Below are positions 28,829 to 39,373 of a DNA stretch of 64,000 nucleotides, piece by piece (within the stretch, counting starts at the first letter, position 1; every line of letters starts with the position of its first letter). The notes beneath the pieces are model-generated. The model did not search any database and was not told the origin of the DNA. It saw only the letters and a list, made by a program, of their open reading frames with translations. Source of the DNA: a virus. The translations under genes were made by a program, and so were the position numbers. Where the stretch lies: positions 66,705 to 130,704 of the IMG/VR virus record IMGVR_UViG_3300025789_001072, one strand, 5' to 3'.

Positions 28829-31800
28829 CTGATGTATAAGTTAAATCGGTTCCATTGAAACCAAATGTTACTCCAACATCCGAATTTTGAGTGCTATCAT
28901 CATCTATACCATATACACCACTAGAAGTCAAACTAAATTTAACCATACCAGTACGAACACCGCCGTTTCGTGAAATACTATAATCTATGAACATATTGGC
29001 TATTACACCAGTAAATCCATCATCATAACCAGTACCCAACACAGCAGTAGTACTTGCAGCAATTGATAAACTTTTACCGTTGTTGTGTTGTATTGTTCCT
29101 AATCGTAAGGCTTCGCTGTAATTCCATTCACTAGTATTTGCTGTTTCTGATACTTTGTTTAAGTCGCTTCTATCATAACTATCACCGATAGTTGCGCAAC
29201 CAACAGCAGTGTTATCCCAATAAATTACTGGTGTAGACGGGGTAGATGCACCATTTAAGTGATCGCCAACATCTTTAAAATAATTTGTTAAACTAGTAAA
29301 GTTATTACTATTGATTACATAAACACCATTTTGATAGATAGCATCCATGACACTATTTGCTAGTGTAAATCCTTTTGAATTTGCTCCAATTAGGTATATG
29401 CCATAATAAAGATTATAGAATGTGCAACTATCCATCAGTGTATTTGAAGCATATTGACTTGCTGGTAAGTAAACGCCACTATTAAATCCGTTGAACAAAC
29501 AATCAATCATGTTTACGTCACTTGCAAATGCAAGATTGCGACCTAATATTTTAACACCAGCAGTTGTATTACCACTGATTGCGTCAGTTCCTGTAGTTAC
29601 TGTACTATTTGGTCCTTGTAGACGCACATTATCAAGTGTAACACGACTGGCACTATCAATAATAATGCCATCATTTAGACTTTGAAGTGTTAAGTTAGTG
29701 ATTGTAATATCATTTGGTAAGATTGCGCCATTCAATCCAATTAGGTTTTGAATCTGTTGTAGACTATCTGCAGTATACATTACCCAAGTAACATATGGAT
29801 ATACATATGGATTTGCAGTCTGGGTAATTTGTGTGTTATATGTGCCTTCGCCAATAATTCTAGCATGTGAAGGAACATTAATACTGCCACTTACAATATA
29901 ATTGCCTGCTGGAAAATAAAGAGTTTTTCTTGCAGCAATACTAGTTGTTCTGCAGTATAATTCATATAACGCACGATTAATTGCTTCGGTATCATCCGTT
30001 ACGCCATCACCATGCGCACCAAAATCTTTTACACTAACAAAGTCATCTAGCTTGCGTTGTAGACTTCTGATTGTACTGTTACCACCATAACTAAAACTTA
30101 AACTAGTCCATGCAATACCATCACTGCTGTATGAAACCTGACCACTTGCACCGACTGCAACAAATTGGGTAGTATAAATTACATTGTTTAGTGTATCATA
30201 AAGTTGCTGTGTTCCCTGACGGAAGTATTTGTATTGGCTTGTACTATGATAGGTATAACCATACTGACCAACGATTACATTATATGTTCCGCTAGTTGCT
30301 AAACTATAAACATCGGGTGTTAACAAGTTAGCACTATAATAAATGCTATTTGCAGCCCATGCACTCGCATCTTGACTGACATCATATGTTAAACCAACGT
30401 CACCTACTGTATAAAAATATGTTCCACTGTAAGCAATGCCTTGAAAGTCACTTACCGTATAAGTTGTTTTAGTATACCAAGTAGTGCTGTTTGAACTTAG
30501 TAGCAGTCTGCCGTTATCACCAACTGCAATATAGTAACTATATGTTGTAGTATTAGGCGCAGTAAACGTAAGATACATAACCTGATTTAGATCGCCAACA
30601 CTTACAGAAGCACCCGTAGGATCGGTTGCACTATTGCTTAGTGCAGTAGTCCAAGTAAGACCATCACTACTAGTGATACCAATACCACCACGACCAACCG
30701 CAATTGCCTTGTATGTACCGCCACCTAAATTAGCCACCGTAACACTACGCAAATCAACTGTTACACCGCTACTACGAGTAGTCCATGTTGTTGCATTAGG
30801 ACTAGTTACGATAGTTCCGCTTACGCCTACCGCAATCCAAGTAGTTGTTGACAATTTGTATACACTAAGAAGGTTGTTTGTTACACCACTGGTGCGTGAT
30901 GTAAATGTTGTACCGTTTGTACTGGTTAGAATTACACCACTGTCGCCAACGACAACCCATGTTGTTCCATCGTAATATAGTTCGTTAAGACCAGTTGACA
31001 CACCGCTTGTACGAGAGGTCCAAGTACTACCATTACTACTGGTATAGATTCCACCACTGCCAGTGAGTACAGTAAACAATCCTGCACCATTATTATAGAT
31101 ATTTGTAAAGTTTTCAATTCCACTTGCAACCGATGCAACATAAGCAAATGATGTTGTTGTTGCCTTATAAACATCGCCCCAACTGGTAATTGCCCAACCA
31201 AATGTTCCGTCACTGGTAACTGCAACAAAGGTGTCAATCAAACTACGATACCATGTAGTGCCATCGCTACTGTATAGGGCTTTATTATTTTTTCCAGTGG
31301 CAACAAATGTACTGCCTTGATAATTAACACCAAGCAAATCACTATTGCCAACAGTTTGATTGCTCCAACTTGTTGCAGTGTTATCACTACTGGTTAATAT
31401 TAAGCCACCACTACCAACAGCAACAAATTTAGTACTACCAAACACAACACTATTAAGTGGGGTTGTTACACCGCTTGTACGAGCAGTCCAAGTAACACCA
31501 GTGCTACTAGTATAAATGCCACCAAGTAGGGTAACCGCCACAAATAAACTATTACCAAATGCAATATTGTTTACTGTGGTATACGAAACTGCACCACTCT
31601 TCTGCCAAACTTTTCCATCAGTGCTATAAATTATTGTGCCATTTGCACCGCCAGCAACAAATGTTCCGCTACCATACGTAATAGTAGTTAAGTTGCTTGT
31701 TGTTCCACTGTTTGTGTTTACCCAAGTAATGCCATCTAGACTGTATAAGATATGTCCACCAGTGCCAACAGTAACATATACTCCATTGCCATATGCTACG

Positions 31801-32072
31801 GCATTATATACTGCACGAGCATTTCCAGTTTGTGGATTATACCCAGCATCACTGTTCTTAAAACTATAAGTGTTTGCTAGATTTAGGATATCACTATATT
31901 CGGTGAGGATTTCAGTATTGCCAGTTTCTGGAGCGCCATCATTGAGCGTACCATTACCAACAAACAACTGGCGAGTGTCTACACTATAACCTAGTTCTGC
32001 TTTGCTTAACTGTGGTAAATTCTGATTTAAACCACTACGATGCGAAATGCGTGATATTTGAACGATTGACAT
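28773..32072 (-). CDS. Tail fibre/spike: Mtd_N-like head, beta-propeller repeats, pectate-lyase-like beta-helix
   Basis: LSKAELGYSVDTRQLFVG; repeated FVAVG..G.I..S.DG.TW; VSVKDFGAHGDGVTDDTEAINRA, LYFPAGNY. Confidence 0.85.
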   Translation of the reverse strand: MSIVQISRISHRSGLNQNLPQLSKAELGYSVDTRQLFVGNGTLNDGAPETGNTEILTEYSDILNLANTYSFKNSDAGYNPQTGNARAVYNAVAYGNGVYVTVGTGGHILYSLDGITWVNTNSGTTSNLTTITYGSGTFVAGGANGTIIYSTDGKVWQKSGAVSYTTVNNIAFGNSLFVAVTLLGGIYTSSTGVTWTARTSGVTTPLNSVVFGSTKFVAVGSGGLILTSSDNTATSWSNQTVGNSDLLGVNYQGSTFVATGKNNKALYSSDGTTWYRSLIDTFVAVTSDGTFGWAITSWGDVYKATTTSFAYVASVASGIENFTNIYNNGAGLFTVLTGSGGIYTSSNGSTWTSRTSGVSTGLNELYYDGTTWVVVGDSGVILTSTNGTTFTSRTSGVTNNLLSVYKLSTTTWIAVGVSGTIVTSPNATTWTTRSSGVTVDLRSVTVANLGGGTYKAIAVGRGGIGITSSDGLTWTTALSNSATDPTGASVSVGDLNQVMYLTFTAPNTTTYSYYIAVGDNGRLLLSSNSTTWYTKTTYTVSDFQGIAYSGTYFYTVGDVGLTYDVSQDASAWAANSIYYSANLLTPDVYSLATSGTYNVIVGQYGYTYHSTSQYKYFRQGTQQLYDTLNNVIYTTQFVAVGASGQVSYSSDGIAWTSLSFSYGGNSTIRSLQRKLDDFVSVKDFGAHGDGVTDDTEAINRALYELYCRTTSIAARKTLYFPAGNYIVSGSINVPSHARIIGEGTYNTQITQTANPYVYPYVTWVMYTADSLQQIQNLIGLNGAILPNDITITNLTLQSLNDGIIIDSASRVTLDNVRLQGPNSTVTTGTDAISGNTTAGVKILGRNLAFASDVNMIDCLFNGFNSGVYLPASQYASNTLMDSCTFYNLYYGIYLIGANSKGFTLANSVMDAIYQNGVYVINSNNFTSLTNYFKDVGDHLNGASTPSTPVIYWDNTAVGCATIGDSYDRSDLNKVSETANTSEWNYSEALRLGTIQHNNGKSLSIAASTTAVLGTGYDDGFTGVIANMFIDYSISRNGGVRTGMVKFSLTSSGVYGIDDDSTQNSDVGVTFGFNGTDLTYTSDGNGTGLLNYAIRYLEML

Positions 32073-32100
32073 ATATATCTCTCTTTAAAGATATTTATGG

Positions 32101-32796
32101 TTATTCTGAATAGAACTCGGAAACCCTATCCCACCAAATTCCTGTCCATTTGTCAAACTCATCACCATTGATAATCCAACGCTGTGGCTCACAATCTTTA
32201 GAACACATTAAGATAACAATCTGTGAAATATCGGTACCAAACAAATGATTATGAGCAGCAGCATAGGCAGCACCTTGGATAAAATAATCATCAATCCATT
32301 CAGTTTTCTTTGGCTTATTCGTTTGTTTATAATCTACAATAGATGGCTTACCATTGTATACGCCAACAAGATCAGTGGTGCCAGCATAAAGTTCAGGATA
32401 ATATAGCGCAGTTTCCATGCCCCAATACTCTTGCATCTGACCTTTCATATATTCTTCAATGATAACCGTTGCCATCTTGGCACTTTGTTGGTGAACTGCA
32501 TTGCCACCAGTTTTAAGATCGCCAAACTCAAGCCAGTTTTCTAACTGTTTATGCATTGATGTACCACGACCAGCGGCTTCCGTAGTAATCTCTTGTGCTT
32601 TAGTTACACCTACACGTTTGCGCCATTCGTGCAATGCTTGTACTTTTTGTTTAGATTTAGTCTTATCAAGAATAGTTGTGACACTTGCTACCACATCACC
32701 TTCGGGTGTCTGATACCTACGACCAGCATTGGTTTCTTTACGTGTGATTTTCTTATAATCATACAGCGGATTGTGTGTAATGTATGGATTTGTCAT
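32101..32796 (-). CDS. PD-(D/E)XK exonuclease
   Basis: SVTTIL, RGTSMH, YAGTTDLV, IVDYK, QGAAYA. Confidence 0.85.
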   Translation of the reverse strand: MTNPYITHNPLYDYKKITRKETNAGRRYQTPEGDVVASVTTILDKTKSKQKVQALHEWRKRVGVTKAQEITTEAAGRGTSMHKQLENWLEFGDLKTGGNAVHQQSAKMATVIIEEYMKGQMQEYWGMETALYYPELYAGTTDLVGVYNGKPSIVDYKQTNKPKKTEWIDDYFIQGAAYAAAHNHLFGTDISQIVILMCSKDCEPQRWIINGDEFDKWTGIWWDRVSEFYSE

Positions 32797-32838
32797 ATTA
32801 ATAAACTACCACAGATTTGTTAATCTGTCAAGTGTTTA

Positions 32839-33177
32839 TTACCAACTAATATTCCAGTAAATGTGCTGAGCATCGGTGCTTGCACGACTTACAGTATAAC
32901 CTAGTTTCTGAAAGTTATCTATTACAGATGCCATTTGACCTGCTGCTAGGTTATTTGCTGTGATGGTTTGCCAACTCGCATAATAATTTGTATCAAGTGT
33001 CATTGGAGTCCCAACTAGGGTGTTTGCACCAATCATTGTGTGTGTATTACCATTAATTTGCACAGATGTTTGATTGTTATCAACTGCATTAATAATATTG
33101 ATGTTAATTAGGGCAAGTTCAGTCTCAACGACTACGCTGTCAATACTTGCAATTCTGGCATTAGTGGCTGTAAACAT
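32839..33177 (-). CDS. Hypothetical late (virion) protein
   Basis: GGAG RBS and TAAATA upstream; FQKLGYTV...ISW. Confidence 0.65.
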   Translation of the reverse strand: MFTATNARIASIDSVVVETELALININIINAVDNNQTSVQINGNTHTMIGANTLVGTPMTLDTNYYASWQTITANNLAAGQMASVIDNFQKLGYTVSRASTDAQHIYWNISW

Positions 33178-33196
33178 ATGATGACTCCACTATTAT

Positions 33197-33958
33197 TTAT
33201 TCAATCATTTGTTTAATAAAAGGTGACAACATATTTGATATTTTAACATGACCGTCTTTGGTAGGATGAAAACTATGTGGATTTAACATACCTTGAGTAA
33301 TTCCAACTTCGGCAGTAGATCGTGCAAGATGTCCTTTATCAAACGGAAAATCATTAATTGTAGTAGTATCTGTTATCTTTGATAAAATATCCCGTGGAGC
33401 ATGATCGTAAAATAACATATTTTCTACATTAATTGGATAATGATTGTGTATAAACGTATCAAACCAAATATTTTTTATATTTTTTAAATTAAAATAATCA
33501 TTCCAGAATGTCATATCAATCGATAATTGTTCAACTTCATGTGCATTGTCATAACAAATACTATGAATAATTTTTGAAAATTTTTCATTATCGTGAAGAT
33601 ATTTAAAATTATACATTCTTCCATGTTTTACTGAATATATTTCATTTCTTGCAGTACTAGTAATTCCCCATATTACTATTACGTTATCATGTGTTTCTTT
33701 TAATATTTTAAATTCATCACTAATAAAAAAATTCTTAGCAAGTCTAAACTGACGTTGATTACTTGAAGCATTTTCAGCAAAGTTTATGTTAGTAAGATTA
33801 AATTTGTCCGAAAGCAGTCCTCTAAAACTAAATTTGTCGGCTAATTTTTTTTCATCTGCCAATTTTAGATATTCTTCTTTGGACATATTTTCAACATATC
33901 CAACTCCACGGCCAAAAACCCAACTACATCCAAATGTAATTAATAAGTTATTTTTCAT
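33197..33958 (-). CDS. SGNH-like protein
   Basis: ITFGCSWVFG, NFAENASSN, SFHPTKDGH. Confidence 0.72.
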   Translation of the reverse strand: MKNNLLITFGCSWVFGRGVGYVENMSKEEYLKLADEKKLADKFSFRGLLSDKFNLTNINFAENASSNQRQFRLAKNFFISDEFKILKETHDNVIVIWGITSTARNEIYSVKHGRMYNFKYLHDNEKFSKIIHSICYDNAHEVEQLSIDMTFWNDYFNLKNIKNIWFDTFIHNHYPINVENMLFYDHAPRDILSKITDTTTINDFPFDKGHLARSTAEVGITQGMLNPHSFHPTKDGHVKISNMLSPFIKQMIE

Positions 33959-33972
33959 AAGATTACTTAATT

Positions 33973-35223
33973 TTATTTCTTTTTACGACGACCAGCGCAG
34001 TGCGCCTTTTGACTAAACCCTTTAGGATGAGAGCAATCTATACTGCGTTTATATTTCTTGCTCCACTTTTCGCTCAACTCTTCTTCTTTAACAATTTTCT
34101 TGTTCTTTTTTACTTTGTATTTCTTGCCATCAACTATAAAATAATCTAGGTTATTATTTCTGGCAGTGTTTAATGCGCCTAAAAAAGCGTTACCTTCTGC
34201 CACATTGCCATTACCTTTAACTCCAACATAGGCTTTAATAGTAGTAATACCCAATGCTTTTGCTGCATTTGCTCTATGATAACCATCAAGAATATGTCCA
34301 TCGCCTACTACAATAGGTGGAGCCTTAGTAAAATCCATGTTTTTGTATTGTTCTACTTTTTCTTTTTCTAATCCACTCAATTCAGTATCAAGTGAACTTA
34401 CGGGAATATTTTTTAAAACAAACTTACTAAATGTTCTTAAATGCTTGAGATAATCCTGATGTAAGTTTGTGTCATGATATTGTCTTAGATATGCAATCAT
34501 GTCGTTGGTAGACATTGCGTTAGAGAAACCTTCATCAAGACTTAATTCTTTATCAGTCTCAATAGTTTCGGCATCATATAATTTCTGAATTAAGCCAGTG
34601 TTGCGAAGTAATTTAAATGCTAAGTTTTCTACGCCAAACTCACCATTCTTTTCTAATCCACTTTGACGCATATCTTTAATGCGTTTTTTAAGTCTCGCAA
34701 TTGTCTGTGGATCACCACTTTCAAGTGCTTGTTTAATTTCTTCTTCTAAGTGTTCAAACTTATGTTCAATATTAGTAACATCTGGCTTGGCAGTTATCTT
34801 CTTTGGAAAATGTACCCAATTATCATTATAAATGCTGTATACGCCGTTTGATATGTGAGCATCTTCGCTGCCTTGAACATATACTTCAACTGCGTGTCCT
34901 AAAACAGTAATATCATGTTGATCATTAAATATTACTTTTTTAGCTTGGAATAAGTCTTTGAGATTAACTTTACAAGGTCCATTACTGTTAGCAATAAGAT
35001 GAAGGTCAATATCACTTTTGTTATTATAATTAAAACTAGCATTGCTACCACTTATTGTAATATCGGTAAGTTCTAAGTCTTCTACATTGATAAATTCAAC
35101 AAATGCTTTTGCAATTTTAAACAGTGCAAGACGCACTTGTGGCTTTAAACGATTGCCTTCCCATAAATCTGGGTTAAGTTTATCATGGAATGTAGTTAGG
35201 GTTTCTAAATCACCTATACGCAT
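33973..35223 (-). CDS. Nucleotidyltransferase (Pol beta superfamily) + ParB/Srx-like domain + small C-terminal modules
   Basis: ISGSNA...SDIDLH, VEVY; PPIVV..ILDGYHRANAA; EKWSKKYKRSIDC...HC. Confidence 0.75.
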   Translation of the reverse strand: MRIGDLETLTTFHDKLNPDLWEGNRLKPQVRLALFKIAKAFVEFINVEDLELTDITISGSNASFNYNNKSDIDLHLIANSNGPCKVNLKDLFQAKKVIFNDQHDITVLGHAVEVYVQGSEDAHISNGVYSIYNDNWVHFPKKITAKPDVTNIEHKFEHLEEEIKQALESGDPQTIARLKKRIKDMRQSGLEKNGEFGVENLAFKLLRNTGLIQKLYDAETIETDKELSLDEGFSNAMSTNDMIAYLRQYHDTNLHQDYLKHLRTFSKFVLKNIPVSSLDTELSGLEKEKVEQYKNMDFTKAPPIVVGDGHILDGYHRANAAKALGITTIKAYVGVKGNGNVAEGNAFLGALNTARNNNLDYFIVDGKKYKVKKNKKIVKEEELSEKWSKKYKRSIDCSHPKGFSQKAHCAGRRKKK

Positions 35224-35235
35224 TAAGTATTTAGA

Positions 35236-35574
35236 TTAAAACTTACTTGCATTGCTTGCCATATTATCTACTGTGGCAGTTTGTTTTTCAGCCTCTGCTT
35301 CATCAGGTTCTTTGTTAGCAATACTTTCTTTGCCTAACACAATATGATCTTTGTTATAATTGCCAATCATGTCTTCAATCGCTGGTGTATTTTGAATAAG
35401 TTCTTGAAGATTATCATAGTTAAAACTATAACCAGCATTATTCATTAACTTAGCAATATTTGCCATTGGTATTTGTGTACCAGGTTTAGTTTTATTCTCC
35501 AGATATTGCAGAATAGTCATCAGAACACCTGCCTGACTTTTTACGAAATCTGGAGCAACCTCAAGCAATTTCAT
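35236..35574 (-). CDS. Hypothetical head-associated protein
   Basis: 112-aa ORF, MKLLE start, in late cluster. Confidence 0.6.
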   Translation of the reverse strand: MKLLEVAPDFVKSQAGVLMTILQYLENKTKPGTQIPMANIAKLMNNAGYSFNYDNLQELIQNTPAIEDMIGNYNKDHIVLGKESIANKEPDEAEAEKQTATVDNMASNASKF

Positions 35575-35576
35575 AA

Positions 35577-36515
35577 TTATGCTCTACGACCACGACCCAA
35601 TTCAGCAGTGCCACCAACAGCAGTGTCAGCAGCATCTAATTCACTTTCGCCGTCACGTGGAGGAGTGATTGCTTCTTCTTCGCCACCAAGTGGTGCATTC
35701 ATATCAGGAGCAGCGACGCCCATGTCTGCACCGCCCATATCAGGAGCAGCACCAGTATCCATTTCGTTGCCGCCATAGATGCCACGACTTGCATTATCAA
35801 GTGTATCACGTGCGCTGTTTGCAGCATCTAACAAACCTTGTAAGGTTTGCTTAGTTGAATCATTAAATGAATTAGCCTGTTCCATGCCAACTTCATCTTT
35901 CATAGCACTAACAAGTGCTGGAAGTTGTTCATTTTGCATCTTGCTGATCTTCTCAACAATGTCTTGAACTGTATCAGTAAGGTCACGAGTAGCCATAGTA
36001 ACACGTGCTTGTTCAATTTCACCTTCAGTTAGTGCAGGTGGTAATTCATAACTTTCATTCTTTGCCATCTTAGTAGCAGTGGCATACATAACTTCTTCGC
36101 CACGCTTACCGTAACGTTTTTCAAAGTCACCCTTCTTTCCTTTAAGTGCCTTTGCAAAGTGCTCACGCTTCTTGAGTTCACTTGGACTAAGTTCACGTTC
36201 GTTAAGAGAAACTGAACAATATGAATCAATTGCTTGTATTTTTTCTGCGATAATTTTGCGACCGTATGCCATTTCATTTTTCCATGTTTCGAGGACTTTA
36301 TTAACCATAACGGCTTCCATATATTCTGGAACACGTTCAGCATAATGTGCTTGGTTAGTTCGTTTAATGTTTGTCATTTTATTTTGAATAGTTGCTAGCA
36401 TACGTTTAGCATCGTTCTCATTGATCTTCTTAAGATCAAGTTGCCAATTATATACTTTGTTTAGCTGCTTATTCAGATCATGTGCTGATACAGCGTTAAA
36501 TTCTTTTACAAACAT
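35577..36515 (-). CDS. Putative prohead core/scaffold-like protein
   Basis: Helical; LNE/LTE motifs; DFEKRYGKRGEEVMYATATKMAK; acidic low-complexity C-terminus. Confidence 0.5.
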   Translation of the reverse strand: MFVKEFNAVSAHDLNKQLNKVYNWQLDLKKINENDAKRMLATIQNKMTNIKRTNQAHYAERVPEYMEAVMVNKVLETWKNEMAYGRKIIAEKIQAIDSYCSVSLNERELSPSELKKREHFAKALKGKKGDFEKRYGKRGEEVMYATATKMAKNESYELPPALTEGEIEQARVTMATRDLTDTVQDIVEKISKMQNEQLPALVSAMKDEVGMEQANSFNDSTKQTLQGLLDAANSARDTLDNASRGIYGGNEMDTGAAPDMGGADMGVAAPDMNAPLGGEEEAITPPRDGESELDAADTAVGGTAELGRGRRA

Positions 36516-36541
36516 TTTATTGCCCTTGCATTTAATAATAT

Positions 36542-36979
36542 TTATGCCAACGCAACACTTTTTTCTAAAAGATGTATTTGTTGGTTCAACAAGTCTAGTT
36601 CGCTGTCAACACGACTAAGACGATCTGCTGTTACATCATTTTCTGGATTGCGTTTAAGCCGTACACGAAAGTAATTTTGATCTTCAAGATAGATATCCAA
36701 TTGACGATCAATCACACTAACACTACTTGCATCACGATACATACGCTTTGCAACAAGTGCAGCAGTTAGTATAGCCAAACGACGTTGACGCAATACACTA
36801 ATTATAGTTTTATCTTTAATCACGTGCCATATATTACCATTGAGTTTTACTTCAATGTTATTGATTACATATCCGCTCCCCACGGATTTTACAATCACTG
36901 CGCCTTTGTTGGGCAAGTGATCGTATTCTTCCGTGACGAATTTTTTGATTTTGTTGAGTGTTTTGCTTTCATCTATCAT
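36542..36979 (-). CDS. Hypothetical protein
   Basis: 145-aa ORF after a TTGACA promoter. Confidence 0.65.
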   Translation of the reverse strand: MIDESKTLNKIKKFVTEEYDHLPNKGAVIVKSVGSGYVINNIEVKLNGNIWHVIKDKTIISVLRQRRLAILTAALVAKRMYRDASSVSVIDRQLDIYLEDQNYFRVRLKRNPENDVTADRLSRVDSELDLLNQQIHLLEKSVALA

Positions 36980-37015
36980 GCTATTAATTTAGCACAAAGC
37001 AGCACTGTTTGTCAA

Positions 37016-37303
37016 TTAACTATGCGTTTTTGCCACATATAATATAAGTCCCAAAAGTGCCGTTAATAGTGAGCCAATAATGCCAATTCCTAAGCCAACG
37101 AGTTTTTTATAAGCCAAAGTTTCTTTTTCGATTAACATAGATTTAATATCGCTGACTATGGATTCAACCTTTGCAAGTCTTAATTCCATAGTATCCATTT
37201 TCGTATCCATTTGTTCATAACGCTCTGCACAGATATCGACATGCGCTTCTAAACTGGTTCGCTCTATTTCATATGGTTTCTTTGCCATAACAACTCCATG
37301 CAT
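37016..37303 (-). CDS. Small coiled-coil protein with C-terminal TM helix
   Basis: SLEAHVDICAERY coiled coil plus hydrophobic tail. Confidence 0.65.
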   Translation of the reverse strand: MHGVVMAKKPYEIERTSLEAHVDICAERYEQMDTKMDTMELRLAKVESIVSDIKSMLIEKETLAYKKLVGLGIGIIGSLLTALLGLILYVAKTHS

Positions 37304-37327
37304 TGCAAATATTATTTATTATGACAC

Positions 37328-37693
37328 TTATAATAATAAAAACACTATATTTTGATTATCGCCACTCATGATTGTATAGTGGTCAAGATTGCTAACCGTT
37401 TCTTCTAAACCAGTAATCATTGGTATTAGATTAATATTGTTTTTCAATTCTGTTAAATCACCATCAAAGTTGTCTATATCAAAGTCAAACATCCAAATTT
37501 CTTCATGTCCACTATACTTTGATCCAAACCCTAGACCATCTATGTTGCGAAAAAATCGCTTTGGATAGGATTGAATGGTAGGAATTGATTGTAAATTGAT
37601 TGCCTGCAGCAGTGTGTGCCAATTTTTTAATTGGTTACTTGCATGATAATCACCATTTCTGGTAATATCAAATAATGTCATACATCTGATCAT
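37328..37693 (-). CDS. Hypothetical phage protein
   Basis: TLFDIT...NWHTLLQAI...IPMITGLEET. Confidence 0.7.
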   Translation of the reverse strand: MIRCMTLFDITRNGDYHASNQLKNWHTLLQAINLQSIPTIQSYPKRFFRNIDGLGFGSKYSGHEEIWMFDFDIDNFDGDLTELKNNINLIPMITGLEETVSNLDHYTIMSGDNQNIVFLLL

Positions 37694-37721
37694 GTTTTTA
37701 CTTATAGTAAAGTAATTTAGA

Positions 37722-37749
37722 CAAAGAAAAAGGGCGATTGCTCGCCCTT
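37722..37749 (-). terminator. Intrinsic terminator
   Basis: AAGGGCGA-GCAA-TCGCCCTT followed by TTTCTTTG. Confidence 0.85.
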
Positions 37750-37775
37750 AAACTTTGTACTATATCTAGTATATA

Positions 37776-38198
37776 TTATACGAAACTTAGCTTGAAGCCC
37801 TTGTTTACGAACAATGAACCACTGCAATCAACTGCGTTGTTACCAGCAGCAGTTAGACTACGAACAGTTGACTGAACAACAGTTGCGATACCAGCATCAG
37901 TTGATGCAAGACCCTGTGCACCTTCAAGAAGAATACTGATGTTACCACCAGAAGTTGCTTCAATCTGATACGCAAGAACAGTCACGTTTGACTCAATTGC
38001 ATTGATGATTGCAGGAATTGCATAGTTTACTGCGCTTTCACCACGAATATCTTGTGCTGTGCCGCTAGTGTTAGCGATATAACCTGCAAGTGCTACAGGG
38101 AACTTTCCGATAAAGCTAGCACCGATTGCTGTTGAGATAAAACCCTTACCATCACCAACTACACCAGCATTACCATTTGTACGATAAAAATCTGCCAT
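37776..38198 (-). CDS. Probable abundant virion protein
   Basis: Own CATAAATA promoter, GGAG RBS and terminator; Ala/Gly-rich. Confidence 0.55.
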   Translation of the reverse strand: MADFYRTNGNAGVVGDGKGFISTAIGASFIGKFPVALAGYIANTSGTAQDIRGESAVNYAIPAIINAIESNVTVLAYQIEATSGGNISILLEGAQGLASTDAGIATVVQSTVRSLTAAGNNAVDCSGSLFVNKGFKLSFV

Positions 38199-38284
38199 TT
38201 TAATTCTCCAAAATTTGCGTCTTTACAACGCTGTAATTATTTATGCTGATATGCAAAAAATATATAGAATTAAACTTTATTATT

Positions 38285-39106
38285 TTAATTAGGTTTTGGT
38301 GCACCAGCTTGTTGCAACTTATGAGCAAGTTCTGTTGGTCCGCCTGGTTTGTACAGCATATTAACCAACGACTGTAAAAATTCTGGTTTCTCTTGATTTA
38401 TGCCGACTGCTTTTGAAATTATTTTACCATTACGACTAGTTCCAATTGATTGAATTCCACTGTTTGTTTGATCACCAGTCATCTGCGCCCAAAGTTGTGG
38501 ATTTTTTGCTTTAAGTTGGCGATTTCTATACCAAACTTGTGTTGCACGTGTTGCTAATCCATCAATTTCACGTGGTGTAAAAACAATCGCATTATTTTTT
38601 AAATTTAATACTGCTTCTTCAACCGATTCACCTGTTGCATTTTTTTGAGTTTGTTTATCAAGTGCGGCAGACATTGATGCGTATCTAGGATCACTTGGTT
38701 TAATTGTTTCACCACCAACAGTTATAGGTTGCGGAGCATTATTTGCAGTTTGTGAAGGTTGTGTAGCTGTTTGTTTTTGTGTTCGTGACCCACTGCTAAA
38801 GTTAATTTTATTTAATCCAATATCGTTTAAATCTCTTTTAGTAATAAATTTATTACCTTTTGCTATCAACGTGTTTGATAATATTTCTTGAAAATCTGTA
38901 ACCATTTTGTTACGATCTTGTATGCGTTTTTTATATTCGGTAGGAGCCATTTGTTTCATATCATTGAGATTTTTACTGTAGTCTGCAATAGTTTGCTGTA
39001 TAATTTGCACAAATGTTTGTTTACTCTTCTCAAATTCAATATCACCTGCTTTCGGTGGCGGAGCATCTGGTTTTGTTATTTCTGATAAAAATTCAACGGC
39101 TCTCAT
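38285..39106 (-). CDS. Hypothetical internal head protein
   Basis: Starts MRAVEFLSE. Confidence 0.55.
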   Translation of the reverse strand: MRAVEFLSEITKPDAPPPKAGDIEFEKSKQTFVQIIQQTIADYSKNLNDMKQMAPTEYKKRIQDRNKMVTDFQEILSNTLIAKGNKFITKRDLNDIGLNKINFSSGSRTQKQTATQPSQTANNAPQPITVGGETIKPSDPRYASMSAALDKQTQKNATGESVEEAVLNLKNNAIVFTPREIDGLATRATQVWYRNRQLKAKNPQLWAQMTGDQTNSGIQSIGTSRNGKIISKAVGINQEKPEFLQSLVNMLYKPGGPTELAHKLQQAGAPKPN

Positions 39107-39341
39107 TGATCTTCCTTAAACCACGTACGAATTTCTGTGGGTCTTGTCCACGAATAGCGTTAATAAGTCTGCGCTCTAACTCGTCTGCTTCTGGAGCATC
39201 ATAGTTTTCACGTATTTGATTGATTAAGTTTACTGCACTGTTGATAATATGGTTAGCACGACTTTCTAGAACTAGACCAGCGTTTTGTCCAACAGGCATT
39301 GAACTTAATTCATCCAATATACTACGAGTTTGTTTACGCAA
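39093..39341 (-). CDS. Small hypothetical phage protein (TTG start)
   Basis: TRSILDEL...ESRANHII...ELERRLINAIR; GGAG RBS. Confidence 0.7.
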   Translation of the reverse strand: MRKQTRSILDELSSMPVGQNAGLVLESRANHIINSAVNLINQIRENYDAPEADELERRLINAIRGQDPQKFVRGLRKINESR

Positions 39342-39373
39342 AATAGTTACTCCGTACTTTTATTTATTGGAAA

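Noticed and set aside
28773-32072. Mtd_N-like domain suggesting a diversity-generating retroelement
   Set aside because: No reverse transcriptase or TR/VR pair seen in the window
32101-32796. Cas4-like nuclease as a sign of CRISPR-Cas
   Set aside because: No array or other cas genes; ordinary T4-like phage exonuclease lacking the Cas4 Fe-S cysteine pattern
33175-33985. Weak border similarity around the SGNH gene (AGTCATCATATG vs AGTAATCTTATG); a similarly weak match flanks 39374..40384
   Set aside because: Too short and AT-rich to distinguish from chance; not counted among the cassette repeats
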